64,000 bases of DNA from Bacteroidota bacterium (GTDB lineage: Bacteria; Bacteroidota; Bacteroidia; Bacteroidales; FEN-979): the NCBI GenBank assembly GCA_037133475.1, contig JBAXOB010000014.1, positions 8,298 to 72,297 on the forward strand. Reading direction: 5' to 3'. This document shows, one piece after another, positions 38,294 through 48,392 of this stretch. The translations under genes and the position numbers were made by a program. Under the pieces are notes generated by a model that made no database searches, had not been told where the DNA came from, and was given only the letters and a program-made list of their open reading frames with translations. Position 1 is the first letter of the stretch. Every line of letters begins with the position of its first letter.

Positions 38294-39187
38294 ATGAACT
38301 TCGTTGACTATTATAAAATACTGGGAATCGATAAAAAAGCTACCCCGAAGGAGATCAAATCAGCCTACCGGAAGTTAGCCAGGAAACTGCATCCCGACCT
38401 GAACCCGAATGATAAGGAGGCTAAAAGCAAATTCCAGCAGATCAACGAGGCCAACGAAGTATTGAGCGATCCTGAAAAAAGAAAAAAGTACGATCAGCAT
38501 GGCGAGGACTGGCAACATGCCGATGAATATGAAAAGGCCCGCGGGGATCAGCAGCAATCGTCCGGTTCGCAGGGTTTCCGCTCAGGCGGCATGCCGCCTG
38601 AAGGCGATTTTTCAGCTTTTTTCGAATCCATGTTTGGCGGTTCAGCCAGGCCGGGAAGAGGTCGCCAGGTAAAATTCAGGGGGGAGGACTATCATTCGGA
38701 ACTGCGTCTGGCCCTAATTGATGCCGGTAAAACGCACAAGCAGACCTTGACCGTAAACGGGAACAATATCAGGATTACCATCCCCGCCGGCATTGAAAAC
38801 GGGCAAACCATCAAAATTTCAGGGCATGGCGGACCCGGAGAAAACGGCGGACCCGACGGCGACCTGTTTATCACTTTTTCAATTGAAAACCATCCCAAAA
38901 TAAAACGGCTCGGAAACAATCTATATACCACGGCCGACCTCGATTTATATACCGCCATCCTGGGTGGCGAGGTAACGCTCAATACCCTCACCGGGAAGGT
39001 AAAACTAACGGTGAAGCCCGAAACCCAGAACGGCAGCAGGATAAAATTAAAGGGGAAAGGGTTCCCGGTCTATAAAAACGAGGGCCAGTCGGGCGATTTT
39101 TATATTACATGGGCCATAAAAACACCCACAAATTTAACCGAACGTCAGAAGGAATTATTCACTGAACTGTCAACATTGCAATCTTAA
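38294..39187 (+). CDS. cbpA: CbpA-type DnaJ co-chaperone (no zinc finger)
   Basis: [29 protein letters not shown]-domain plus C-terminal DnaJ domain; cbpM downstream. Confidence 0.9.
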   Translation: MNFVDYYKILGIDKKATPKEIKSAYRKLARKLHPDLNPNDKEAKSKFQQINEANEVLSDPEKRKKYDQHGEDWQHADEYEKARGDQQQSSGSQGFRSGGMPPEGDFSAFFESMFGGSARPGRGRQVKFRGEDYHSELRLALIDAGKTHKQTLTVNGNNIRITIPAGIENGQTIKISGHGGPGENGGPDGDLFITFSIENHPKIKRLGNNLYTTADLDLYTAILGGEVTLNTLTGKVKLTVKPETQNGSRIKLKGKGFPVYKNEGQSGDFYITWAIKTPTNLTERQKELFTELSTLQS

Positions 39188-39196
39188 ACTGGAACA

Positions 39197-39496
39197 ATGC
39201 AACGGGAAAATTTAATAGCATTAGACGAATTCTGCGCCAGCCACGGCATCGGAATTTCATTTATCGGTTCATTGCAGGAGAACGGACTGATCGAAGTTAC
39301 CAGGATTAAAGAGAGCTCCTTTATCGAAGCTGATCAATTGCAAAAACTGGAGACAATTGTCAGGTTTTATTATGAACTTGACATCAATATTGCAGGAATT
39401 GAATCGATTACCCATTTGCTGAACCGGATCACCTCGATGCATGAGGAGATGACAGTACTGAGGAACAGGCTCCGCCTTTACGAATCATTCGAATAA
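39197..39496 (+). CDS. cbpM: Chaperone modulator CbpM (MerR-like HTH)
   Basis: EFCASH..GLIEV..RFYYELDINIAGIE..RNRLRLYE. Confidence 0.88.
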   Translation: MQRENLIALDEFCASHGIGISFIGSLQENGLIEVTRIKESSFIEADQLQKLETIVRFYYELDINIAGIESITHLLNRITSMHEEMTVLRNRLRLYESFE

Positions 39497-39699
39497 ACCG
39501 AACTTGGCTAAACTTCAATTCCGGAAGTTGCCCATACAGCCCGGAATAACGGCTTAGCAGTGAGATGAGTGCCCTTTCCCTCCCTCCTGCCCCAAAGGGG
39601 AGGCAACCCGACAGGTACGCTTGCCGGCGGCAAACCAGGTTTCATTATTTTTCTTATCTTTACCATGACTTCATTGATCATCCTCAATAAAACCATACT

Positions 39700-42222
39700 A
39701 TGGAGCAGAACCCTCAACCCTTCTGGAGTTTTTCAGTTACCAGCCTGCTTGACAGCCTTCATGCGGATACAGGTGGACTCACCTCAAATGCGGCAGGGAA
39801 ACGGTTTGTTTTATACGGGGCAAACAGGCTTAAACCGCAAAAAAAATCGGATATCTTCACCCTGCTGATCGCCCAGTTTAAAAGTCCCATCATCCTGATC
39901 CTCCTGCTGGCAACAGGGCTGTCGTTTTTATTGCACAACCTGGTGGATGCCTCCATCATCCTGATCATTGTTCTCATCAGCGGGCTCCTGGGGTTCTGGC
40001 AGGAACACAGCGCGACGAATGCAGTCGCAAAGCTGCTGGCCATCGTGCAGATCAAAGCTGCCGTTCTCCGCGACGGGAAGGAGCAGGAAATACCCGTCGA
40101 AAACATCGTTCCCGGCGACATCGTGATCCTCAATGCGGGAGATATTGTACCGGGCGACTCCCTCCTGCTGGAGGCAAAGGATCTTTTTGTCGACGAAGCG
40201 ATGCTGACCGGCGAAACCTATCCTGTTGAAAAACTGGTTTCGGTATTGCCAGCCGATACGGCGCTTGCCCAACGGGCAAATACGGTCTGGATGGGTACGC
40301 ATGTTGTCAGCGGCACCGCAAAAGCCGTTGTAGCCCTTACCGGGAAAAATACCGAGTTTGGAAAGGTTTCGGAACGGCTGAAACTCAAATCCCCGGAAAC
40401 CGATTTTGAACACGGAATCCGCAGGTTCGGCTATTTCCTGGGCGAGGTCACGCTGGTGCTGGTGGTCATGATCTTTGGCATCAACGTATACCTGCACCGG
40501 CCGGTTCTGGAGGCATTTTTGTTTTCACTGGCCCTGGCCGTGGGGTTAACACCGCAGCTTTTGCCGGCCATTATCAGCATCAACCTTGCGCATGGGGCCA
40601 AAAAGATGGCCGGGAAAAAGGTGATTGTCAAGAGACTCGCCTCCATCGAAAATTTTGGCAGCATGAATATCATCTGCTCCGATAAAACCGGTACACTGAC
40701 CGAAGGTACTGTAAAGATTGAATCGGCGATGAATGTTGATGGCGGTGCAAGTGAGAAGGTATTCCTGTTTTCCTATCTCAACGCATTTTATGAAACAGGT
40801 TTTACCAACCCGATTGATGCGGCGATCCTGAGCCATCGCACGATTGACCTTGCCGGATACCGCAAGGTGGATGAAATCCCCTACGACTTTCTGCGGAAAC
40901 GCCTGAGTATCGTGGTAGCAACAGGCGATCAGCATCTCATCATCACGAAAGGGGCACTTGCAAATATTCTCGAGGTATGCACTTCCGCTGAGAACGCGGA
41001 TGGCAGCGTCACCGACATCGCCCCCCTGCAGCAGCAGATCGGGGAACACTTTGTTGACTTCAGCAACCAGGGATTCAGGACGCTGGGGATCGCCTATAAA
41101 AACGCAGCGCCCGATACCCTCATCCATAAAGCAGATGAAACAGGGATGACCTTCCTGGGGTTCCTGACCCTGTTTGATCCTCCTAAACCCAACATCCTGG
41201 AAACCATATCCTCCCTGAAAAAACTTGGCGTCGCACTGAAGATCATCACGGGCGACAACCATCTTGTCGCCTCGAGCCTGAGTAAAAAGATGGGGCTGTC
41301 GGAAAACAAGATCATTACCGGCCCCGAACTCCGGCAAATGAGCGACGGAGCCCTGCTCAGGAAGGTTGGTTCGACAGATGTCTTCGCCGAAATTGAACCC
41401 AACCAGAAAGAACGCATCATCATTGCCATGCGCAAAGCGGGGAATGTGGTGGGTTATATGGGCGATGGCATCAACGACGCATCGGCCCTTCACGCAGCGG
41501 ATGTGGGCATCTCTGTCGATACGGCAGCGGATGTCGCCAAGGATGCCGCCGATATCGTGCTGCTCGAAAAAGACCTCGGTGTCCTCGTGGAGGGTGTGCG
41601 CGAAGGCAGGACTACCTTCGCCAACACCCTGAAATATGTTTTCATGGCAACCAGCGCCAATTTCGGGAATATGTTCAGCATGGCGGGAATCTCCCTGTTT
41701 ATCCCGTTCCTTCCACTGCTGCCTAAGCAGATCCTGCTGACGAACCTCATGACCGATTTCCCTGAAATGACCATTGCCACCGACCGTGTTGACGAGGAGA
41801 TGGTCAACTACCCAAGGCGCTGGGATATCAAGGCCATCCGCAAATTTATGATTACTTTCGGATTGGTGAGTTCCCTGTTCGATTACCTTACCTTTGGCCT
41901 GCTTTTACTTGTCCTTCGGACCAATGAAGGCCAGTTCAGAACAGGGTGGTTCGTCGAATCCGTAATTTCCGCCTCGATGATTGTACTGGTCATCCGCAGC
42001 AGGAAACCCTTTTTTAAAAGCCTGCCAGGGAAATACCTGCTGATCGCCACCTTAACCATCGCCGTACTGACCATTCTGCTGCCCTTGTCGCCCCTGGGAG
42101 CACTGTTCGGATTTGCGCCGCTCAGCCTTACCACCTACCTTTTGCTTCTGGTGATTGTGATTGTCTATATTGCAGCAGCCGAGATAGCCAAGCATATTTT
42201 CTACAGGAAAGTCAGGTTTTAA
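39700..42222 (+). CDS. mgtA: Magnesium-translocating P-type ATPase
   Basis: TGET, AVGLTP, DKTGT, MGDGIND, SANFGNMFSM. Confidence 0.92.
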   Translation: MEQNPQPFWSFSVTSLLDSLHADTGGLTSNAAGKRFVLYGANRLKPQKKSDIFTLLIAQFKSPIILILLLATGLSFLLHNLVDASIILIIVLISGLLGFWQEHSATNAVAKLLAIVQIKAAVLRDGKEQEIPVENIVPGDIVILNAGDIVPGDSLLLEAKDLFVDEAMLTGETYPVEKLVSVLPADTALAQRANTVWMGTHVVSGTAKAVVALTGKNTEFGKVSERLKLKSPETDFEHGIRRFGYFLGEVTLVLVVMIFGINVYLHRPVLEAFLFSLALAVGLTPQLLPAIISINLAHGAKKMAGKKVIVKRLASIENFGSMNIICSDKTGTLTEGTVKIESAMNVDGGASEKVFLFSYLNAFYETGFTNPIDAAILSHRTIDLAGYRKVDEIPYDFLRKRLSIVVATGDQHLIITKGALANILEVCTSAENADGSVTDIAPLQQQIGEHFVDFSNQGFRTLGIAYKNAAPDTLIHKADETGMTFLGFLTLFDPPKPNILETISSLKKLGVALKIITGDNHLVASSLSKKMGLSENKIITGPELRQMSDGALLRKVGSTDVFAEIEPNQKERIIIAMRKAGNVVGYMGDGINDASALHAADVGISVDTAADVAKDAADIVLLEKDLGVLVEGVREGRTTFANTLKYVFMATSANFGNMFSMAGISLFIPFLPLLPKQILLTNLMTDFPEMTIATDRVDEEMVNYPRRWDIKAIRKFMITFGLVSSLFDYLTFGLLLLVLRTNEGQFRTGWFVESVISASMIVLVIRSRKPFFKSLPGKYLLIATLTIAVLTILLPLSPLGALFGFAPLSLTTYLLLLVIVIVYIAAAEIAKHIFYRKVRF

Positions 42223-42256
42223 GGGCAAGAATGAGACTGCAGGGAACCTAAGAGGG

Positions 42257-43315
42257 TTATTTGCCTCCTAAACGTTTGTAAATCATAGCCGAGATCCCGC
42301 TGACGAACGCTGTCTGTTTTTCGATGTGATTCCCGCGGGTCATGATGGTGAGGATATAGGGGGAATTATGGGCGTAAATGATGCCTGATTCTGAAAAGTC
42401 CATCACACCATTAATACCTCTTTCCCCGAATTTATGAGCAACGACGGTGCCTTCGGGCAGTTCTTTTACGAGCCCTTCCCTGAAACTGCTCTCCGTCAGG
42501 AGTTTCAGTCCGTATTCCGAAAGCTCTTCGTTGACAAAAGTTGCATTGTAAAGTAACCTGAAAAACTTCGAATACTGCCGCGGCGAAATTGAATAGACTA
42601 AATCGCCCGGTTCATAGTATGGGATATCGATATCCTTGAAAAACTCGCGGTACTGACTGGTGTCCATATGGCAGTTCAGCAAATAGGTGGCGTTATTGTC
42701 CGATTCGTCGATCATATACCTGAGGAGCCTGGCAACCGGGTACTTCCGACCGGGAATAATAGAATCTCCTTTGTATTTCTGCGTCGGGAAGCTGATACTC
42801 GCCTTCTCGTATACGAATTCCTTTTTTAAGGTTCCCGGGTGGAGTTCCTCCTGCTTCAGGTAATAGAGCAGGATGGGCAGTTTCATGAGACTTCCGGGAT
42901 GGTAATCATGGTTCCCGAACATACTCGTCCAGAAGCCGGAATTCATGTCCTTCACATAAACCGATGCGGCGGTGATCATGCCGGTATTTTCTGCCTGCTC
43001 GATGAATGCGGCAATATCGGCTTTAAGGGATGAGAAAGCTTCCGATTCCGACTCCGATTCGGCAAGAAGCAGCGGGCGTGTGTACTTATCGTGCGCATCT
43101 GCAAGCCGGATGATCGCCAGGGAACACGGGCTGCTGGTGAAATGCTGGCTGGCCGCGCGATTTGCGGCCCGTGATGCCTTGATTATGAAGAAAACATTGG
43201 ATGCCAGTAGGATGAGGAGGAGCCCTGAAAACAGGACAACAATGCTTCTGAACCTTTTCAAAGATTTTTTGGTGGCAGTTTCACCATCCGGGAGATGATG
43301 ATGTGTTTGTCGCAT
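42257..43315 (-). CDS. Class A beta-lactamase-like serine hydrolase (membrane anchored)
   Basis: SLMK (SxxK), SDN, AHKFG (KTG variant), N-terminal TM. Confidence 0.85.
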   Translation of the reverse strand: MRQTHHHLPDGETATKKSLKRFRSIVVLFSGLLLILLASNVFFIIKASRAANRAASQHFTSSPCSLAIIRLADAHDKYTRPLLLAESESESEAFSSLKADIAAFIEQAENTGMITAASVYVKDMNSGFWTSMFGNHDYHPGSLMKLPILLYYLKQEELHPGTLKKEFVYEKASISFPTQKYKGDSIIPGRKYPVARLLRYMIDESDNNATYLLNCHMDTSQYREFFKDIDIPYYEPGDLVYSISPRQYSKFFRLLYNATFVNEELSEYGLKLLTESSFREGLVKELPEGTVVAHKFGERGINGVMDFSESGIIYAHNSPYILTIMTRGNHIEKQTAFVSGISAMIYKRLGGK

Positions 43316-43506
43316 TGGCGGTAAGGTTAGTTTCCGTCAGACACTCATATGGGTAAAGGGTTGCCCGGATTAAAAATAAATCATCACAGGGCTGATTATC
43401 CGTAAGGCATTATTAATACCAGCATTCAACCAAATCGAAAGAGGGGATTTCCAACCATTCGCTTTCCTGCCGGGGGAACTGAAACCTTGGATGAATTGGC
43501 AACGTC

Positions 43507-44373
43507 TTAATCCAGGTGGTAGATCAAGGTCACGCCTGCGCCCACATGACTCACAGGGAGAACCTTTAATTTCTTAAGGTGGTTGTTCATGATCGTCCGC
43601 CCGATGGCAAATCCCAGCGCCGATCCTACAAACACGTCGGAGAACCAGTGATCGTTCTGGTAAACGCGTGAGGCTGCGGTAAACCCGGCAAAAGAGAAAC
43701 AAAGAATGGGCACCCAGATGGTCTTGCTGTAGGAGGTGGCAACGACCGTGGCTATGGCAAAGGCAACCGTAGAATGTCCCGACGGAAATGAGCTGTTGGT
43801 TTTAAGGGTAAACGGCCCGTCCCATAAATTGGGATTTGGTGGATTATCCTCGTAGGGCCGGTGTCGCTGGGTAAGTTGTTTCAGCACCTCGGCGGCAACA
43901 AAACCCAGCACATAGGCCTCCACTCCTTTCAGTGCCGTATACCGGGCCTTGTCATTTTTGGTAATTGCCCCGACCCCGTATAAGATGCCCAGTGCCGGGA
44001 TACTGTAGAAGCCGCTTCCCAGCCTTTCAAATCCGTATTTTGCAGCCTGATCCAGGAATTGGGTATGGGATAACTGAACTGCTTTCTGAATCCTGGCGTC
44101 CTGGGTGAAGAGTACCGCGGTGACAAGCACGACACCTGAAGCGGCCATCCACTGGTATTTGTTCCACCTGTAAGGTGCAATGGCAATATCCCTTGAATCG
44201 GTCAGCCACGATTTGAAATAGGCCTTGTCGGGAATGGTCGAAAGCGTCCGTTCATTTTTAGGGATCGCCCGCAGCCTGACATAGGAGGTATCCTCCTGCG
44301 CCATTATGTTAACACCAGAGATAAAAAAAAAGACAATAACGATGATAGGGGCGATTTTCATTCGTGTCAACAT
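43507..44373 (-). CDS. PAP2 family phosphatase
   Basis: KQLTQRHRP, SFPSGH, SRVYQNDHWFSDV. Confidence 0.92.
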   Translation of the reverse strand: MLTRMKIAPIIVIVFFFISGVNIMAQEDTSYVRLRAIPKNERTLSTIPDKAYFKSWLTDSRDIAIAPYRWNKYQWMAASGVVLVTAVLFTQDARIQKAVQLSHTQFLDQAAKYGFERLGSGFYSIPALGILYGVGAITKNDKARYTALKGVEAYVLGFVAAEVLKQLTQRHRPYEDNPPNPNLWDGPFTLKTNSSFPSGHSTVAFAIATVVATSYSKTIWVPILCFSFAGFTAASRVYQNDHWFSDVFVGSALGFAIGRTIMNNHLKKLKVLPVSHVGAGVTLIYHLD

Positions 44374-44405
44374 GGGATAAAATTTCAGATCTTGTTATCT
44401 GATTT

Positions 44406-44473
44406 CAAAAATAACATTTCCTTCAGGTTATTGTATTATATAATTCCGGTTGAATTTTACATAATTCACACAT
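44406..44473 (-). promoter_or_regulatory. Regulon promoter cassette 13 (PAP2)
   Basis: ATGTGT GAATTATGTAAA-N9-GAATTATATAAT-N21-TATTTTTG. Confidence 0.9.
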
Positions 44474-44542
44474 TCCCTTATTAAAAAACACCGGTCCTGA
44501 ATGGATCGGTGTCAACGCATGACGGCACTTCATCGTCTCTTT

Positions 44543-44728
44543 TCAGACATGAATATTCATCAGGTAGGCAAAAAGTCCGAAAACCTTGAGCAGCCATACG
44601 ATCACCACAACCACGACCACAACGTTGAAGATCCTTTTTATCTTGATATCCATCGGTATGTAGGAGTTGACGAGCCAGAGCAGCACTCCGACGACGATCA
44701 GTACGATTAATATTGTAAACAGTGGCAT
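44543..44728 (-). CDS. Thivi_2564-like small membrane protein, 61 aa
   Basis: MPLFTILIVLIVVGVLLWLVNSYIPMDIKIKRIFNVVVVVVVIVWLLKVFGL; start downstream of cassette 14. Confidence 0.87.
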   Translation of the reverse strand: MPLFTILIVLIVVGVLLWLVNSYIPMDIKIKRIFNVVVVVVVIVWLLKVFGLFAYLMNIHV

Positions 44729-44751
44729 AACATATATTTTTAGGTAGAAGG

Positions 44752-44819
44752 CAAAGGTACAGGTCAGAAAGCCGGCAAGTGTTACATAACAAAATGAATA
44801 ACTTACATCATTCACACAT
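44752..44819 (-). promoter_or_regulatory. Regulon promoter cassette 14
   Basis: ATGTGT GAATGATGTAAG-N9-TTGTTATGTAAC-N21-TACCTTTG. Confidence 0.9.
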
Positions 44820-44864
44820 TGTTGGCATAATTTCAACTGAACCGGCAATGCATTCCGTTATTTA

Positions 44865-47237
44865 TCAATGGACCAGGGCCCTGCTATTCCTTTTCCGCTC
44901 CCGGCGATATTTTTCCCTTGGCGGAAACTGGTTTAATTCATTCAACCTTTCGTAGGCTCTCAGTACCGATCGCGGGAACACCCCATGATAACTGATCCTG
45001 TAAAAAGAAAATCCATTATAGGGGATGACATTAACTGCCGCTGACATCTCAATCCTGTCTGCCACTTTCCTGCTTCTGAAAACTGAATAAAAAACCTCCG
45101 AGCGCCGGTGGTTCAACTCGCGGAACCTGTTATTTATCAAGGATGAATCGATAATCCTGGCATATTTTTCCTGGTTGGTGCAGAGTGCGGGGTCGTGGGT
45201 CTGGCTGTTTAAATACTGCAAAAAGCGGGGATCCTGCGGCGACAACCTGTCCACAGTTTCTGAATCATGTTCATTGAAGGTCCTGCTGGTTTTTTGACTG
45301 GCCGCCAGGAAATACTTTTTCTTTGCTTCAAAAAACAGGATATACTCCTTTTCCCTGGCATCGTACTGGTGCGGTTCAACAGAAACTACCGATCCGGGAT
45401 TTTCGGCAAGGAAGTCCGCCATTTTTATCATAAATTTTTTCTGCCTGTCGCTCAGTGAGTACTGGCGCATCTGCCATTTCAATGTGAGCGACTTTTCAAT
45501 TTCAGTCTCAAGGCTACTGACCTCCATCCGGTAAGGCGTGGTGAGCGGTTTTATAAAAATATTTTTAACAAGATCGGCCAGGATATCCCCCAGGTGGAAT
45601 TCAGGGACCTTCAGGTTTCCTGTTATCGGAATTTCATAGTCAATCACATTCCCCTTTTCACGGATTAATGACATGATAACGGTGAGCGGAAGCCATGTGA
45701 TGCCCCCGTTCTTCAAATGACCTGCAACCCGCGGGTCAATGATCACCAGGTGGTTATTGCTTTGGATGATCCCCTTCCTGACTTTCCACGACCCATTGAT
45801 TTCCAGGCTCCCCCTGTCAACAGGAAAGGAGGTGTAGGTGACCAGGTAGGGGTTAAACATGGCGACAGGCAGTTGCTGAAGGTGATATTGCAGATCAAAA
45901 TCGGTGCTGTCGCGGGGGTTTACTTTTAGGGTGACCATGGCATTGCCATATGGCAGAATCCCTGATTTAACAACCACATCAATCCATTTTTGCCTCTTAT
46001 AAACAGAATCGGCCGTTATCTCCAGCGGGCTTAACTCAACTGAAAATTTCTCGAAGGGTTTGTAGTCGTTGAATTTAACATCCCCCCTGCAAATTTCAAA
46101 CCTGTTGATCCTGTAGTTGCTCTGGAAAAAGTTCGCCGACAGCATTTTAATATAGCGGCCTATTTCAATGACAAGATTAAACCGGGCAGGATCTGAAATT
46201 ACCCGGTTCATTTTTCCAGCGCTGCTGTCAAAGATAACCTGCAGGTTATTAAGCTTTTCATAGTGTTCGAATTTGAAAATGGGGTGAATGAGCGATACGG
46301 TATCGAACTGGTATTGATGTTTGCCGGGGTTAATGTTGATAATTGACAGGCTGAGGCGGTCAAAGGAAAACAGGTCATCACTCCGGTTTTTCCCAAAATG
46401 AAAATCATTGATGGCCATCCGGCCTGCGGCCGAGAGATTTTGTTCATCCTTCAGGTTACCGGTTGCCTTCAGATCGACGTCGAGGTTGGCGGTGAACTTG
46501 CCGCCACTGACCAGGTCACGGAGGTACTGACCAATGAGGTTCAGGTCGAATTTACGGGCGATAACCCGGTACCGGTAATCCATTGTCCTGAAATTTATGG
46601 TAAAATCGCCCCTGATATCTCCTGCCCCGATACCGGGCTGAAGGGCAAACTTTGCCGCCAGGGTGTCGGCATTCCACCTTTTCCCGGTACTTTCGATATT
46701 TACGTGACGGATAAAATAGTCGACCGGAACCTGCCGTTCGTGAAAATAAAATTCACCTTCGGTAATGTTAACATGGAGAAAATTAAGATGGACCGCCGAA
46801 GAAGTTTTACGCTTTTTCGACGGGGTAAACCTGGTTACCAGGTCACTGAAATTAAAATCCTTTTTATCCATGAAAACCGTTCCCCTGGGCTTGTCGAGGT
46901 CGAGTTCAGTTATTTCAACAATTTTATGGAAGAGCTGATGCAGGGAGAACGTTGCGCTTAGCCCATTCGCCGTAAAAAAAAGGCTGTCGGCCGGCCGTCC
47001 TACATTCCACTTCGTTGATTCATAAATCTTAAGGTTGCTGATATGGACATAGCCGGTAAACGGATTCACATAAATCCAGCCCGTGGTGATTTTCCTTCCC
47101 GTTACCTCTTCATCATAACGTCCGACCAGGTACGCGGCCAATGGGGATGCCACGATGATAACAACCACAAAGAGAACTGTAACGGTACAGATCAGGATCG
47201 CAACCGATTTTATCAACCTGGATTTCGTAAATTTCAT
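44865..47237 (-). CDS. DUF748 (AsmA-like) protein
   Basis: N-terminal TM, VNPFTG, FNFSDL, IDYEIPITGNLKVPEF. Confidence 0.82.
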   Translation of the reverse strand: MKFTKSRLIKSVAILICTVTVLFVVVIIVASPLAAYLVGRYDEEVTGRKITTGWIYVNPFTGYVHISNLKIYESTKWNVGRPADSLFFTANGLSATFSLHQLFHKIVEITELDLDKPRGTVFMDKKDFNFSDLVTRFTPSKKRKTSSAVHLNFLHVNITEGEFYFHERQVPVDYFIRHVNIESTGKRWNADTLAAKFALQPGIGAGDIRGDFTINFRTMDYRYRVIARKFDLNLIGQYLRDLVSGGKFTANLDVDLKATGNLKDEQNLSAAGRMAINDFHFGKNRSDDLFSFDRLSLSIININPGKHQYQFDTVSLIHPIFKFEHYEKLNNLQVIFDSSAGKMNRVISDPARFNLVIEIGRYIKMLSANFFQSNYRINRFEICRGDVKFNDYKPFEKFSVELSPLEITADSVYKRQKWIDVVVKSGILPYGNAMVTLKVNPRDSTDFDLQYHLQQLPVAMFNPYLVTYTSFPVDRGSLEINGSWKVRKGIIQSNNHLVIIDPRVAGHLKNGGITWLPLTVIMSLIREKGNVIDYEIPITGNLKVPEFHLGDILADLVKNIFIKPLTTPYRMEVSSLETEIEKSLTLKWQMRQYSLSDRQKKFMIKMADFLAENPGSVVSVEPHQYDAREKEYILFFEAKKKYFLAASQKTSRTFNEHDSETVDRLSPQDPRFLQYLNSQTHDPALCTNQEKYARIIDSSLINNRFRELNHRRSEVFYSVFRSRKVADRIEMSAAVNVIPYNGFSFYRISYHGVFPRSVLRAYERLNELNQFPPREKYRRERKRNSRALVH

Positions 47238-47319
47238 TGGCGGTGGTATCGTCATCATTGCCGGATGGCCATGCGGTTACAGGATTACCCCCTGACAGGG
47301 GCCAAAGCCTAGCGACCTA

Positions 47320-48210
47320 TTATTTCAGGGCCAGCTGGCGGCCTGTTCCCAGTTTCCAGTGTACACTCACCCCAACTTCATCAGGAGAAGTAGTGAGACC
47401 AAGGGCAAGATACCTGCTGCAGGGAACCTTGTGTAATGCCGGCACCACGATCCCGATAACGGCGCCCAGCACAAAACCAACGGCAACATCCGAGGGGAAG
47501 TGATCCAGCGATTTTATCCGCGCATAACCTATAGCAAGAGGCGGTACCGATGCAGCAAGGTACAGGAGATATTTAACCGCCCCGATATTGGGATGATAAT
47601 CGCAATAGGCCTTGACCATAAAAAAGGTGCTGTAGGTGCACGATCCGACATGCCCGCTGAAAAATGAATTGCGGCTGTTGTTGTTCGCACGGACATCGTG
47701 GGCAAGGTCGGTATAATACACAACCGGGCGATAACGGTTGATGAAGGTTGGTCCGAACGGGCTGTAATTGTACATACTAAAGGTTACCGTGTGCCCCTCC
47801 ACGTAAATTAACAACAGGTCCAGCCAGTCCCGGCGCATATTTTTATCAATCATCAGCAGGCTGGGAAGCAGGAAAATACCAATCTCCCCGTAATCCGATA
47901 TTTTCTTGAATAATGGGCGGTCTGCCGGATTCTGCTGCAACGACCACCTGTCAATTGAGTTCAGTAAATTTCTCTGCAATTCCAGGTTTTTTGGAAGAAG
48001 TTCCTCATCGGTAACAGCTAATTTGTTTTTCAGGCGGCTGATGGCAAAAAAATCTCCTGCCATCCCCACGCCAATAATACTGCCTGTTACGATGTAGTTG
48101 ACACGATACACTTTTGCTTTTTTTACAACTGTTTTCGTTGAATCGGAAGATTGGCAAAAAATTCCCAGGGGAATGAAAATGACCGCAAAAAAAATGACCA
48201 GGGCTTTCAT
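47320..48210 (-). CDS. PAP2 family phosphatase
   Basis: RYRP, SFFSGH, ARIKSLDHFPSDV. Confidence 0.9.
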   Translation of the reverse strand: MKALVIFFAVIFIPLGIFCQSSDSTKTVVKKAKVYRVNYIVTGSIIGVGMAGDFFAISRLKNKLAVTDEELLPKNLELQRNLLNSIDRWSLQQNPADRPLFKKISDYGEIGIFLLPSLLMIDKNMRRDWLDLLLIYVEGHTVTFSMYNYSPFGPTFINRYRPVVYYTDLAHDVRANNNSRNSFFSGHVGSCTYSTFFMVKAYCDYHPNIGAVKYLLYLAASVPPLAIGYARIKSLDHFPSDVAVGFVLGAVIGIVVPALHKVPCSRYLALGLTTSPDEVGVSVHWKLGTGRQLALK

Positions 48211-48324
48211 AAGGTATAGTGCAAATTATGGGTGAATTTGCCGACGGCTACCTGGTGCCTGCGATCAGTTGCAATGGAAAAAATAATATTCAAACCAACT
48301 GCGGACAGGATAGGTCAACAGGTG

Positions 48325-48392
48325 CAAAGATGCAGCGGAATGGTTAAAGGAGTGTTACACAACTTTGAATGAAAGTTGCATCATTCACACAT
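48325..48392 (-). promoter_or_regulatory. Regulon promoter cassette 15 (PAP2-DUF748), overlapping the araC-2 stop codon
   Basis: ATGTGT GAATGATGCAAC-N9-AAGTTGTGTAAC-N21-CATCTTTG; AAT GTG TGA encodes Asn-Val-stop of araC-2. Confidence 0.92.

Noticed and set aside
39500-39699. Mg2+ riboswitch upstream of mgtA
   Set aside because: No recognisable M-box sequence. A -7-like TATCTTTA at about 39655 lies downstream of the GC-rich hairpin, so the hairpin is more likely a terminator or REP-like element. An Rfam scan would settle this.
9129-48392. The repeated motif as a MITE, REP or attC-type element
   Set aside because: Only short boxes and spacing are conserved. There are no terminal inverted repeats, target duplications or hairpins; copies sit 5' of genes; no integrase or transposase is in the window.
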